Assembly: GCA_038060895.1 (NCBI GenBank)
Contig: JBBTCT010000010.1
Location: forward strand, 56,733 to 89,448
DNA from: Planctomycetota bacterium
GTDB lineage: Bacteria; Planctomycetota; MHYJ01; WSZJ01
Direction: 5' to 3'
DNA: 32,716 bases
Part shown: positions 10,924-18,500 of the stretch, one piece after another
Layout: each line of letters begins with the position of its first letter
Position numbering within the stretch: position 1 is the first letter of the stretch
Program-made: the position numbers and the translations under genes
Notes under the pieces: generated by a model
Database searches by the model: none
Told to the model about the DNA's origin: nothing
What the model saw: only the letters and a program-made list of their open reading frames with translations

Positions 10924-10952
10924 AGTGTAGCGCGGCATTGGAGTTACGCCAA
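10924..10952 (-). promoter_or_regulatory. Sigma70-type promoter for dnaG-rpoD
   Basis: TTGGCG (10952-10947), 17-nt spacer, TACACT (10929-10924), 30 nt before the dnaG ATG. Confidence 0.6.
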
Positions 10953-11038
10953 GGAAAACGGCGAGTTGGGAGGATTGAGTGATGAGCAGGGAGCAGGAGG
11001 TAGTGAGCAGGGGGTAGAAACGCCCCTTCGCGGCCCGG

Positions 11039-11605
11039 TCAGAACTTGAGTTCGCCCTCTAGAACGCCGAATACCGCCTGGTCGCGCCAGCCTTCGCCTG
11101 CCTGCATGCGGTGGCGGAAGACGCCCTCGCGAGTAAATCCGCACTTTTCGAGGACGCGGGCGCTGGCGGGGTTGTCGGTATCGACGTAGGCAGTGACGCG
11201 GTGGAGTTCGAGGTTCCGGAATGCCCAGGCGAGGAGGGCACGTGCGGCCTCGGTAGCGAACCCCTTGCCGGTGCGGTCTTCCCGGATCCAGTAGCCCAGT
11301 TCGGCGGAGCGGCGGGCGGGGACGAGTTCCTCGACGGACATGTGGCCCGCGAGGCGTCCGTCGGTCTCGAAGATGCCGCGGTGGGCCTCCCCTTCCCCGT
11401 TTCGGCGCTGGCATTTGTCCACGAAGACGCGCAGGTCGGCGTGACCGCGGACGGACTCGGCCCACGGAAGGCGGAGAGTGAGGAATTGACGCGATGCGTC
11501 AATGGCATCGAAGAGCGCCGGGACGTCCGCGAATGTGAGGGGGCGAAGGACCAGGCGGGGGGTCACGATGGTGACGTCGTCGCGGGCGGGGAGTCCGAAG
11601 GGCAT
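11039..11605 (-). CDS. GNAT N-acetyltransferase, RimJ/RimL family
   Basis: TPRLVLRP, AELGYWI....GKGFATEA, LHRV, NPASARVLEKCGFTREG. Confidence 0.92.
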   Translation of the reverse strand: MPFGLPARDDVTIVTPRLVLRPLTFADVPALFDAIDASRQFLTLRLPWAESVRGHADLRVFVDKCQRRNGEGEAHRGIFETDGRLAGHMSVEELVPARRSAELGYWIREDRTGKGFATEAARALLAWAFRNLELHRVTAYVDTDNPASARVLEKCGFTREGVFRHRMQAGEGWRDQAVFGVLEGELKF

Positions 11606-11713
11606 GAGGGCATGGTATCGCGGGCTGTCTCCTCGGCGAAAAAAGCATGAGCCGCGGAGGACGCAGAGTGAGACTTTTGTGGTCCTTCTCTGTGTCCGCT
11701 GTGAACTCTGTGG

Positions 11714-12550
11714 CTACGTCTTTGTCTTGCCCTGGAGAGGAACAGCCGCCCGCCAGACCCCTTCCAGTTCCTCCGGTGACAATTGTTCGGGCCGCTTCGA
11801 AGCATGCTCCCCCTCGTACGCCAGCCCGAGTTTCTTCAATCCTCCTCCGAGCATCTTGCGGCGCTGCGAGAAGACGCTCTTCACGAAACTCTTGTACCCC
11901 TCCCAATCGCCCTCGAACTTCCGCGCGCCGAAGCGGACTCGGACCAGCGCGGAGTGGACCTTGGGCATCGGCCAGAAGAGCTGTTTCGCCACGTCCCGCA
12001 CCTTCTCGACGTCGGCGAGGCGGCGCACGAGGATTCCCAGCGGACCGTAGGCGTCCTCGCCGGGGCCGGCGGCCAGGCGTCCGGCGACCTCGTCCTGAAG
12101 CGTGCCGAGGGCGTCCGCCGCGGGGAGCCCGCCCTGCGCCAGCGCGAGCAGGATCGAGCCGCCGACGGCGTAGGGGAAGTTCGAGACAACCCGGACGCGC
12201 CGGTCCCCGGCAAACTCGAGAATGCTCTTCACGAATTCCGGATTCAGCGCGTCGCCGTCGGGGATCGCGTCGCCCAGGTGGTACTCGACGTTGCGCGCGG
12301 TGGCGCGCCCTTTCGCGAATGCGTGCAGCTTCGGGTCGATGTCGATCGTGAAGACCCGCGCGCAGCGCGCCGCGAGCAGCTCGGTCAACTGGCCCGGGCC
12401 GGTGCCGAATTCCACGACGACGTCCCCGGCGACAAGCCCCGCTTCGCGGACGAACATCTCGAGGAAGTTCGCGTCGAAGAGAAAATTCTGGCCGAACTGC
12501 TTCTTCGGCTTCCACCCAAGGTCGAGGAGCTGCCGCGCGAGGTCGTTCAC
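11714..12550 (-). CDS. rsmA: 16S rRNA A1518/A1519 dimethyltransferase RsmA/KsgA
   Basis: PKKQFGQNFL, VVEFGTGPGQLT, VVSNFPY, QDEVAGRL, FWPMPKVHS, FSQRRKML, RPEQLS. GTG 12550 overlaps the upstream stop (GTGA). Confidence 0.95.
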   Translation of the reverse strand: MNDLARQLLDLGWKPKKQFGQNFLFDANFLEMFVREAGLVAGDVVVEFGTGPGQLTELLAARCARVFTIDIDPKLHAFAKGRATARNVEYHLGDAIPDGDALNPEFVKSILEFAGDRRVRVVSNFPYAVGGSILLALAQGGLPAADALGTLQDEVAGRLAAGPGEDAYGPLGILVRRLADVEKVRDVAKQLFWPMPKVHSALVRVRFGARKFEGDWEGYKSFVKSVFSQRRKMLGGGLKKLGLAYEGEHASKRPEQLSPEELEGVWRAAVPLQGKTKT

Positions 12551-12972
12551 CGCTTGAGAAGGATCGTCGTGTAGACCTCGGACTGGTCCTTCCCGGCCTT
12601 TTTCCAGCGAATGGTGACGACCGCCTCGATTTCGTTCATGCCGACCTGCTTGAAAGTGACGTCGTAGGTGTAGCCGTCGAATGAAGCGTGGGTCTTGCCG
12701 ACCATGTTCGTGAGCACCCCGGGGTTGGGGACCTGTTCGAGCTCGGCGAGCACGGTGTAGGCCAGCTGCGCGGAGTTCTGGGAGGCGACCGCTCGGCGGT
12801 GGGAAGCGGAAGCGGCGCCGAAGAGGGCGAAGACGGAGACGAGGGAGACGATGAGGATGAGGAGGGCGATGAGGATTTCGAGGAGCGTGAAGCCGGAGTC
12901 GCGGCGGGGGTTGGGGGCGGAGTTCACGGGGAGAGGATACACGGGGAGTCGGTGGAGGTGCAGCCGACTCAT
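12547..12972 (-). CDS. Minor (pseudo)pilin, GspI/PilV-like
   Basis: Class III signal RRDSG|FTLLEILIALLIL; short globular domain ending in beta strands. Start may be GTG 12927. Confidence 0.82.
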   Translation of the reverse strand: MSRLHLHRLPVYPLPVNSAPNPRRDSGFTLLEILIALLILIVSLVSVFALFGAASASHRRAVASQNSAQLAYTVLAELEQVPNPGVLTNMVGKTHASFDGYTYDVTFKQVGMNEIEAVVTIRWKKAGKDQSEVYTTILLKR

Positions 12973-14009
12973 GGATTCTGGTCATCCTTGAAGGCCGGGA
13001 CACCGACCACCGTCGTGAACGTCTCGCCCCACCGGAGCCGCGCGCCGGACTTGTGGGTCGCGCGCGTCGTCCCGCGAAGCCCGCGCTTCACGCCTGTCAG
13101 CGCGCCCGAGGATTTTGTTTCGTAGGACATCCACTCGTCTTCGATCTTCACGAAGCCGGGCCCTTCCGGGAATCCGCGCAACAGGTCGGCGGAAAGCGTC
13201 CCGGAGTTCTTGTCGATGTCGGCGTTCAGCTTGGAGACGGCCTGGCCCGATCCCAGCGGCCGTTCGAGCGTCAGCGTGATCTCGACACGGTGGGGCAGGA
13301 TGTCGTCCAGCGGATCGTTCGCCACCATCGCGGCACGCTTCATCGAAAACTCCGTGTCCCGGCAGCGCGTCGAATCCCAGCGCAGTTCGGGACCCGGCTC
13401 GCCGCCGGTGGGATTCCAGGTCATTGTTTTCTGCGACCAGAAGCGCAGGCCGAGGTAGATCACGCCGTCTGAGAGCAACTGGACGTTCTGCGCGATCCAG
13501 TCTGTCCGCTCGAACGGCTCCAGCGGCATCTTCATGCCGTAGTCCGCGTTGAAGTCGAACCGGCCGCGATAGAGTTTTCCGGAATTGCCGTCCGGGTCGA
13601 AACAGTAGACGACCTCGTACCTTTTCATCGTGTCCGCCGCGGCGAAGAACGTGACGTCCTTGTCCTTGTAGTTGTTGGGCGCCGCCTGGAGTCCTTGCGC
13701 GGGGACAAGGCCGACGCGCGTGAAGAACAGTAGGATGCGACCGTGTTTGTCGGGGAGGCACGTGAAGTTCGGGTTGATCCCCCCCGGGTCGGCCTCGTGG
13801 TGAATCGTCGAGCAGGACAGATCGGCGCGAAGAGTGTCGAACAGGATGGAAGCGCGCTCGTAGGCGTCGCGCCGGGTTTCGCCGCGGTCCCAGATCTCGA
13901 CGCCGGAGCGCAGGAGGCCGACGAGCAGGAGCCCGAGGAGAATGAAGATGGAGATGGAGACGAGGAGCTCCATCAGGGTAAAGCCCGCAGATCGACGGAA
14001 GAGGGGCAT
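12969..14009 (-). CDS. Minor (pseudo)pilin, GspJ/PilW-like, with an inserted RG..GT..H module
   Basis: RRSAG|FTLMELLVSISI, long helix to LRADL, LPHRVEITLTL near the C-terminus, then the ~65-aa module. Confidence 0.82.
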   Translation of the reverse strand: MPLFRRSAGFTLMELLVSISIFILLGLLLVGLLRSGVEIWDRGETRRDAYERASILFDTLRADLSCSTIHHEADPGGINPNFTCLPDKHGRILLFFTRVGLVPAQGLQAAPNNYKDKDVTFFAAADTMKRYEVVYCFDPDGNSGKLYRGRFDFNADYGMKMPLEPFERTDWIAQNVQLLSDGVIYLGLRFWSQKTMTWNPTGGEPGPELRWDSTRCRDTEFSMKRAAMVANDPLDDILPHRVEITLTLERPLGSGQAVSKLNADIDKNSGTLSADLLRGFPEGPGFVKIEDEWMSYETKSSGALTGVKRGLRGTTRATHKSGARLRWGETFTTVVGVPAFKDDQNP

Positions 14010-14049
14010 CAGGGGTGAGTATAGCCGTCGGTCAAATGCCGGAAATGCG

Positions 14050-14125
14050 AACTACAACTCCAAACTCCAACTCCCAAACGCGTCAGAACTTTGGGATTTG
14101 GAGGTGGGGTTGGGATTTGGAGTTG
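14050..14125. repeat. Imperfect inverted array of short tandem repeats
   Basis: AACTCCA-like units (14050-14078) face TTGGGAT/TTGGAGT units (14090-14125); CAACTCCAAA pairs with TTTGGAGTTG. Confidence 0.7.
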
Positions 14126-14150
14126 TCCTGGCACTTTTTGATTTCCCCCA

Positions 14151-17100
14151 TCACTTCTCTTCATGCCGATGCACCACATTCTCCTGCTCATAATCCACCT
14201 CAAACCCCCGGAACTGCGGGCTTTCCTTCCACTGCCCTTTCACGTAGGCGCCATCGACGTACTCGAACATCACCCGCACGTCGAGCTGGTCCCCGACCGT
14301 CTCTCCGAGCTTGCCGCCCTTCTCGTCGTCGAACTCATGGAAACGCAGGATCCCCTCTTTCTTCGCCTTCTTGATCGCCTTCTCGTCGAGCGGCATGTGG
14401 ATCCATCTCCCGCTCCGGTCGAAGCGCACAAAGACGCGGATGTCGACCGAAGCGCCGCTGAACATCTCTTCCCACTTGATCGACTTCCAGCGCGCCCCCG
14501 TCGCCCGTGTCGTGGCCTCGAACCAGTGAAGGTCCGTGTCGTCGGCGGCGCGGGTGAAGCGGTCGTAATAGCGCCAGGGCATCGCGTAGAGCAGCGCGTC
14601 ACCCTGGTGGGACTCGGGACGAGTGCCGAACGCGCCGCGGAAATTGCATCCCGGAGGTGCCTTGAGCCAGTTGTAGGCGCGTTTCGTCCAGCCGACCAGC
14701 TCCTGGTCCACCAGGAAGTATCCCTCTTCGGGGAAACCGTGACTGTCGGCGACTTCGAAGAGATCCTCGCTCGTTTCGACGCCTTTCACCAGCGCCGCGA
14801 TCGCCAGCGCCGTCAGCGGGAACGCGATGCTGCACTTGGAGTGCGGTCGCGGCGTCGTGCCGAGATATCCGCGCTTCAGCCCCTTCAATTGCCGCTTCAT
14901 CGGGTCGTACTCGACGTACCCGATGAGTTCATCGTCGACGAGGATGGCGCCGCCGTGCTGGTCGAGGGCTTTGTAGATCACGGGCGTCTCCGTGGGTTCG
15001 GGCGGCTTGACGGGCGGAGGAGTGTATGAGCCCGGGTCGGTCGGCGGGATCCAGGGGATGTCGATCGGCGGCGGCGGGATGCCGCAGCAGTCATCGGGGA
15101 GGCGGACGCCGAAAATCAATTCGGTTTCGGTGGCGTCGAGGGCCTTCGCCAGACACCAGTGTTCGTACTCCGCGGTCGTGCACCGCAGTTCATCGATCCA
15201 GCCGCCGAGTTCCTGCGGAGCCGTGTCCTGCGCGGAAACGCCGATGCGAAGCGGCGCGGGATCGCTGTAAGGCAGCTCGCCTGACGGAAACTTGATGACC
15301 CGGGAGTACCGGCGGATGTTGAAGCGGCCCCACGACGAGGGATTGGACCTGTTGAAGGGCGGGTCGGCGACGACCTCGTCGTTGACCTTACGATCCAGGC
15401 CGGCGAGGAGGAAGGGCCACTCGGTCGTTGTGAAGACGGACAGGAGGGCAAGCGGCTTGAGCGGGGTTTTACCGCCTTCGAGCCAGACCGAGCACGCGAT
15501 CGTGGCTGCCTCGCGCTTGTCGTAATCCTTCTGAAGCAGCGTCACCGGGTCGCCCCTTCCAGCCTTGGCGTCCTCGAGGGCGAAAGTCGGGAGCACGGGT
15601 GCCGCTGCGGGGTGGGCGTCGTCCGTGGAAGAAGGGCCCCAGGAATCTCCGCGCAGCAATTGGGCCGGGACGCGCTGATTGTTGAAGTATCCCCCGAAGG
15701 CGATCCATCCGTCCGCGCCGACCTTCTGAACCGGTCCGATGAATTCGTTCCCGATGCAGAGAACCGTCGTGTCAGGGAACCCCGCGTTCGTTGTCACGTG
15801 GAAGCCGACGAGTTCGACGACCTCCCCGACGAAATGGTCGCGGTCCACCGTTTCGAACTGTCCGCGTGCAATTCCCGTGAACTGGTTCTTGTCGTGGCCG
15901 GTGTAGTGGACTATCTCGCGAGGATCCGCATTTCCGATTCGAAGCCACCCCTGGTCGGGGAATCCGGCCGCGCCGCCGGTCGAGACGCTGAGGATCATTT
16001 CCCCCTTGGCGAAGCCGACTTTCGGCGGGTCCGTTGGAGCCGGTCCCCCGACGTTCGTCATGGATTGCGGGACCGAGCCGACCGGGAATTTGAGCGCTCC
16101 CGCGTATTGCGGAATCCTGTCCCACTTGAGCGTCAGCCCGGTGAGGCCGGCCGGCGTGTAATCGAGCTTCGCCTCGACAACGTGGTCCGTGTACCCCCAC
16201 GGGGCGATCGTCTCGCCCGCCTGGTGATCCCACTTCATCGAGCCTCGCGCCCCGCGCGTGACCCCGTTGAACGATTTCCCGATCGCCGTCTGGTACTCGA
16301 TCACCTCCTGACCGAGCGTGATCGCGCCGGGGGAGGAGAAGTGCCCGACATCCACGTCGGAGTCGATTGAAATGCTCTCCTTGCTCAGGCTGTTGGAGAG
16401 GCGAACCGCGACGCCCAACTCCTTGTCCTCCTGCTGCGCCGGACCCTGCCTCACGCAACGCCAGTCGCCGACCGGCAGGCCGTCCAGCATCAGCATCATT
16501 CCGCCGTTGCGCGTGCTCTTCCAGAAGGCCCCCACGTGGTACCACTTCTTCGCAGTCAGCTGCACGCGGTGCACGATTTGCGAGAAGCCCTGCTCCAGCG
16601 TCGCGTCCTTCACGAGCAGCCGCAGGTAAGGCCCGCCCATCGCGCCGTCCGTCCCCTCGTACGTCAGGAGAATCCGGTTCGACCACTCCTCGTCCCCCGC
16701 CTCGAAAATCGTCGCGTCCTTCTCCGGCGCCTGGAACCAGAACTCCGTCGCGCCCGGCGACCAGCAGACGATCTGGCCCTTCTGGAAGGGCGGCAGCCCG
16801 GAGAAGGTCATTCCCTCCTTCACCGCCTTCCCCTCGTTATCGGGGCCGAACTGCATCGACGTCTCCCAGCCCGCGCGCTTGTCGACGCCGGTCACGCCGG
16901 TGAACCACGCGCCGCGCGTGCGTTCCCGAAGAGGCCACTCGTACGGAAACGCCGGGCCCGTGAAGATGCCGCGCGCCATGCCGCGACCCAGCACGTTCGT
17001 GAAGTCCTCCTGGCTGACGCAGCGCCACTTGAGCGTTCCTGCAGGCGCGACTTCGACAATCTCGCGGACGTCGCACTCGCCGCCGACCGTGCGGTTCGGG

Positions 17101-18140
17101 CGCTCCAGCTGGCCGCGCGCGGCGACCGTGACCAGGTTCCACGACTGAAGCGTGAAGGGCATCGTCCCGGTGCACGCGAGCTCGTAGTCGGTTGGCCACT
17201 TTGCGTTGAGCGCGATCGCCGCGTAGTCGTAGCCGCTGATGACGTTCAGCTCAAGCTGGTCGGAGAGGAAGTCGTAGAAGTCTTCCCACTTTTCGAACGT
17301 CTTCGAGACCATCGCGTTCGCCAGCTGCGTCGCCTCGTTGCGCGTGACCCGGTCGTCGGCGACGTGGGCTCGCAGCGCCAGCCCCTCGAAGCAGGCGGCC
17401 AGCGCTTCGCGGCTCGCCGTGTTGATGTTGAGCGGGTGGCGCTGCTCGATTTCCAGGAGCGCATCGACCTCCGCGGCCTCGGGCGCGCCCTTGAGCCCGA
17501 ACATGCGGAACTTCGTGTCGATGTCGAGGACCTCGGCGACCTGGACGTATTTCGCGCTGGAGATCCTGACGCGGATCCCTGGGGAGATATGCTTCATGTC
17601 GTCCAGGGCGAAGCGGACGAGGCCTTTCTGGCTCTGGTCGTCGTGGGCCCAGCGGATCGTCTGGGGAGCGATCCAGGCCGCGGGCCGCCCGCTCGCTTCC
17701 GTGAGGTAGTCGCGCACGTCGTCGACTCGCGGGTCGATGCGCTTCATGAGATTGTCGATGCACAGCTGCGTTGCGGTCCGGATGTTGATTTTCCCCTGCT
17801 CGTCGGCGACGAGCGCGCCTGTGTCGAGGCCGGGGGCCATCGGCTTGCCGGCGCGGCCGGAGGAAAATTCGTTCGGAGTGTCGCAGAAGGGCGTGTTGGA
17901 CGGGACGGGCGCGTTCTTGCGTTCTTCCATGCCCTCCCACCCCGGCACGACGGCGGCGATGGCGCGGTTGCGGGCGGCCGTGGCAGCGAAGCGGGCGTGG
18001 ACGCGGTCGTTGACGCCACGGGCGCCCTTTTCCTGCTGTCCCATGGAGAAGCAGAACGGCAGGGCGATGGCGGCGAGCAGGGCGGCGATGACGACGACGA
18101 GGATGAGAGCCATGCCGCGGTTGTGAGGACGGAGGCGCAC
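14151..18140 (-). CDS. Giant GspK/PilX-like pilin, paralogue 2 (~1330 aa; LamG plus five repeat modules)
   Basis: HNRG|MALILVVVI (no Glu5, as in K-type pilins), DEQGKINI and LNINTAS GspK motifs, LamG motifs WYHVGAFW and GWIDELR. Start GTG 18140 or TTG 18158. Confidence 0.8.
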   Translation of the reverse strand: MRLRPHNRGMALILVVVIAALLAAIALPFCFSMGQQEKGARGVNDRVHARFAATAARNRAIAAVVPGWEGMEERKNAPVPSNTPFCDTPNEFSSGRAGKPMAPGLDTGALVADEQGKINIRTATQLCIDNLMKRIDPRVDDVRDYLTEASGRPAAWIAPQTIRWAHDDQSQKGLVRFALDDMKHISPGIRVRISSAKYVQVAEVLDIDTKFRMFGLKGAPEAAEVDALLEIEQRHPLNINTASREALAACFEGLALRAHVADDRVTRNEATQLANAMVSKTFEKWEDFYDFLSDQLELNVISGYDYAAIALNAKWPTDYELACTGTMPFTLQSWNLVTVAARGQLERPNRTVGGECDVREIVEVAPAGTLKWRCVSQEDFTNVLGRGMARGIFTGPAFPYEWPLRERTRGAWFTGVTGVDKRAGWETSMQFGPDNEGKAVKEGMTFSGLPPFQKGQIVCWSPGATEFWFQAPEKDATIFEAGDEEWSNRILLTYEGTDGAMGGPYLRLLVKDATLEQGFSQIVHRVQLTAKKWYHVGAFWKSTRNGGMMLMLDGLPVGDWRCVRQGPAQQEDKELGVAVRLSNSLSKESISIDSDVDVGHFSSPGAITLGQEVIEYQTAIGKSFNGVTRGARGSMKWDHQAGETIAPWGYTDHVVEAKLDYTPAGLTGLTLKWDRIPQYAGALKFPVGSVPQSMTNVGGPAPTDPPKVGFAKGEMILSVSTGGAAGFPDQGWLRIGNADPREIVHYTGHDKNQFTGIARGQFETVDRDHFVGEVVELVGFHVTTNAGFPDTTVLCIGNEFIGPVQKVGADGWIAFGGYFNNQRVPAQLLRGDSWGPSSTDDAHPAAAPVLPTFALEDAKAGRGDPVTLLQKDYDKREAATIACSVWLEGGKTPLKPLALLSVFTTTEWPFLLAGLDRKVNDEVVADPPFNRSNPSSWGRFNIRRYSRVIKFPSGELPYSDPAPLRIGVSAQDTAPQELGGWIDELRCTTAEYEHWCLAKALDATETELIFGVRLPDDCCGIPPPPIDIPWIPPTDPGSYTPPPVKPPEPTETPVIYKALDQHGGAILVDDELIGYVEYDPMKRQLKGLKRGYLGTTPRPHSKCSIAFPLTALAIAALVKGVETSEDLFEVADSHGFPEEGYFLVDQELVGWTKRAYNWLKAPPGCNFRGAFGTRPESHQGDALLYAMPWRYYDRFTRAADDTDLHWFEATTRATGARWKSIKWEEMFSGASVDIRVFVRFDRSGRWIHMPLDEKAIKKAKKEGILRFHEFDDEKGGKLGETVGDQLDVRVMFEYVDGAYVKGQWKESPQFRGFEVDYEQENVVHRHEEK

Positions 18141-18283
18141 GAACGGGGTGTAAAGCAAACGGCGGGCCGGAGTTAGGGGAGGAGTAGGGGCTGAAACGGG
18201 GGGAAATCGAGGTCTGCGGTGAGGAGGCGGGGCGCGGCGTTGACGGATGTAGCGGAAGTTTACGACTGAGAGGTGTGTTGAGA

Positions 18284-18500
18284 TTCGAGTTCCGGAGGTT
18301 GAGTTCCGGCCTCCGCGTTCCGAGTTCCGTGTGGGGTTCGGTGTCGGGAGTTTCGAGTTGAGCCGCGCGTCGGAAGCGCGAACTCACAACCCGAAACGCG
18401 GAACCTCACACGGAACGCGGAACTCGGAACCCGGAACTCAACTTCCGGAACTCGAAACTCGCAACCCGCTGACAACTCCAAACTCCCAACCAGAAACTCC
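18284..18500. repeat. Heptamer-repeat palindromic element
   Basis: GAGTTCC-like units face GGAACTC-like units; 26-bp inverted repeat 18284-18309 / 18431-18456 with one mismatch. Confidence 0.85.

Noticed and set aside
11650-11715. CTCTGTG-type repeats after rsmA, and GAGCAGG units at about 10984-11011
   Set aside because: Too short and degenerate to support a separate call; probably the same class as the other intergenic arrays.
12551-13003. N-terminal extension of rsmA
   Set aside because: Out-of-frame shadow of the I-like pilin gene; RsmA motifs begin after GTG 12550.
18284-18500. CRISPR array
   Set aside because: Units are degenerate ~7-mers without unique spacers; no cas genes.
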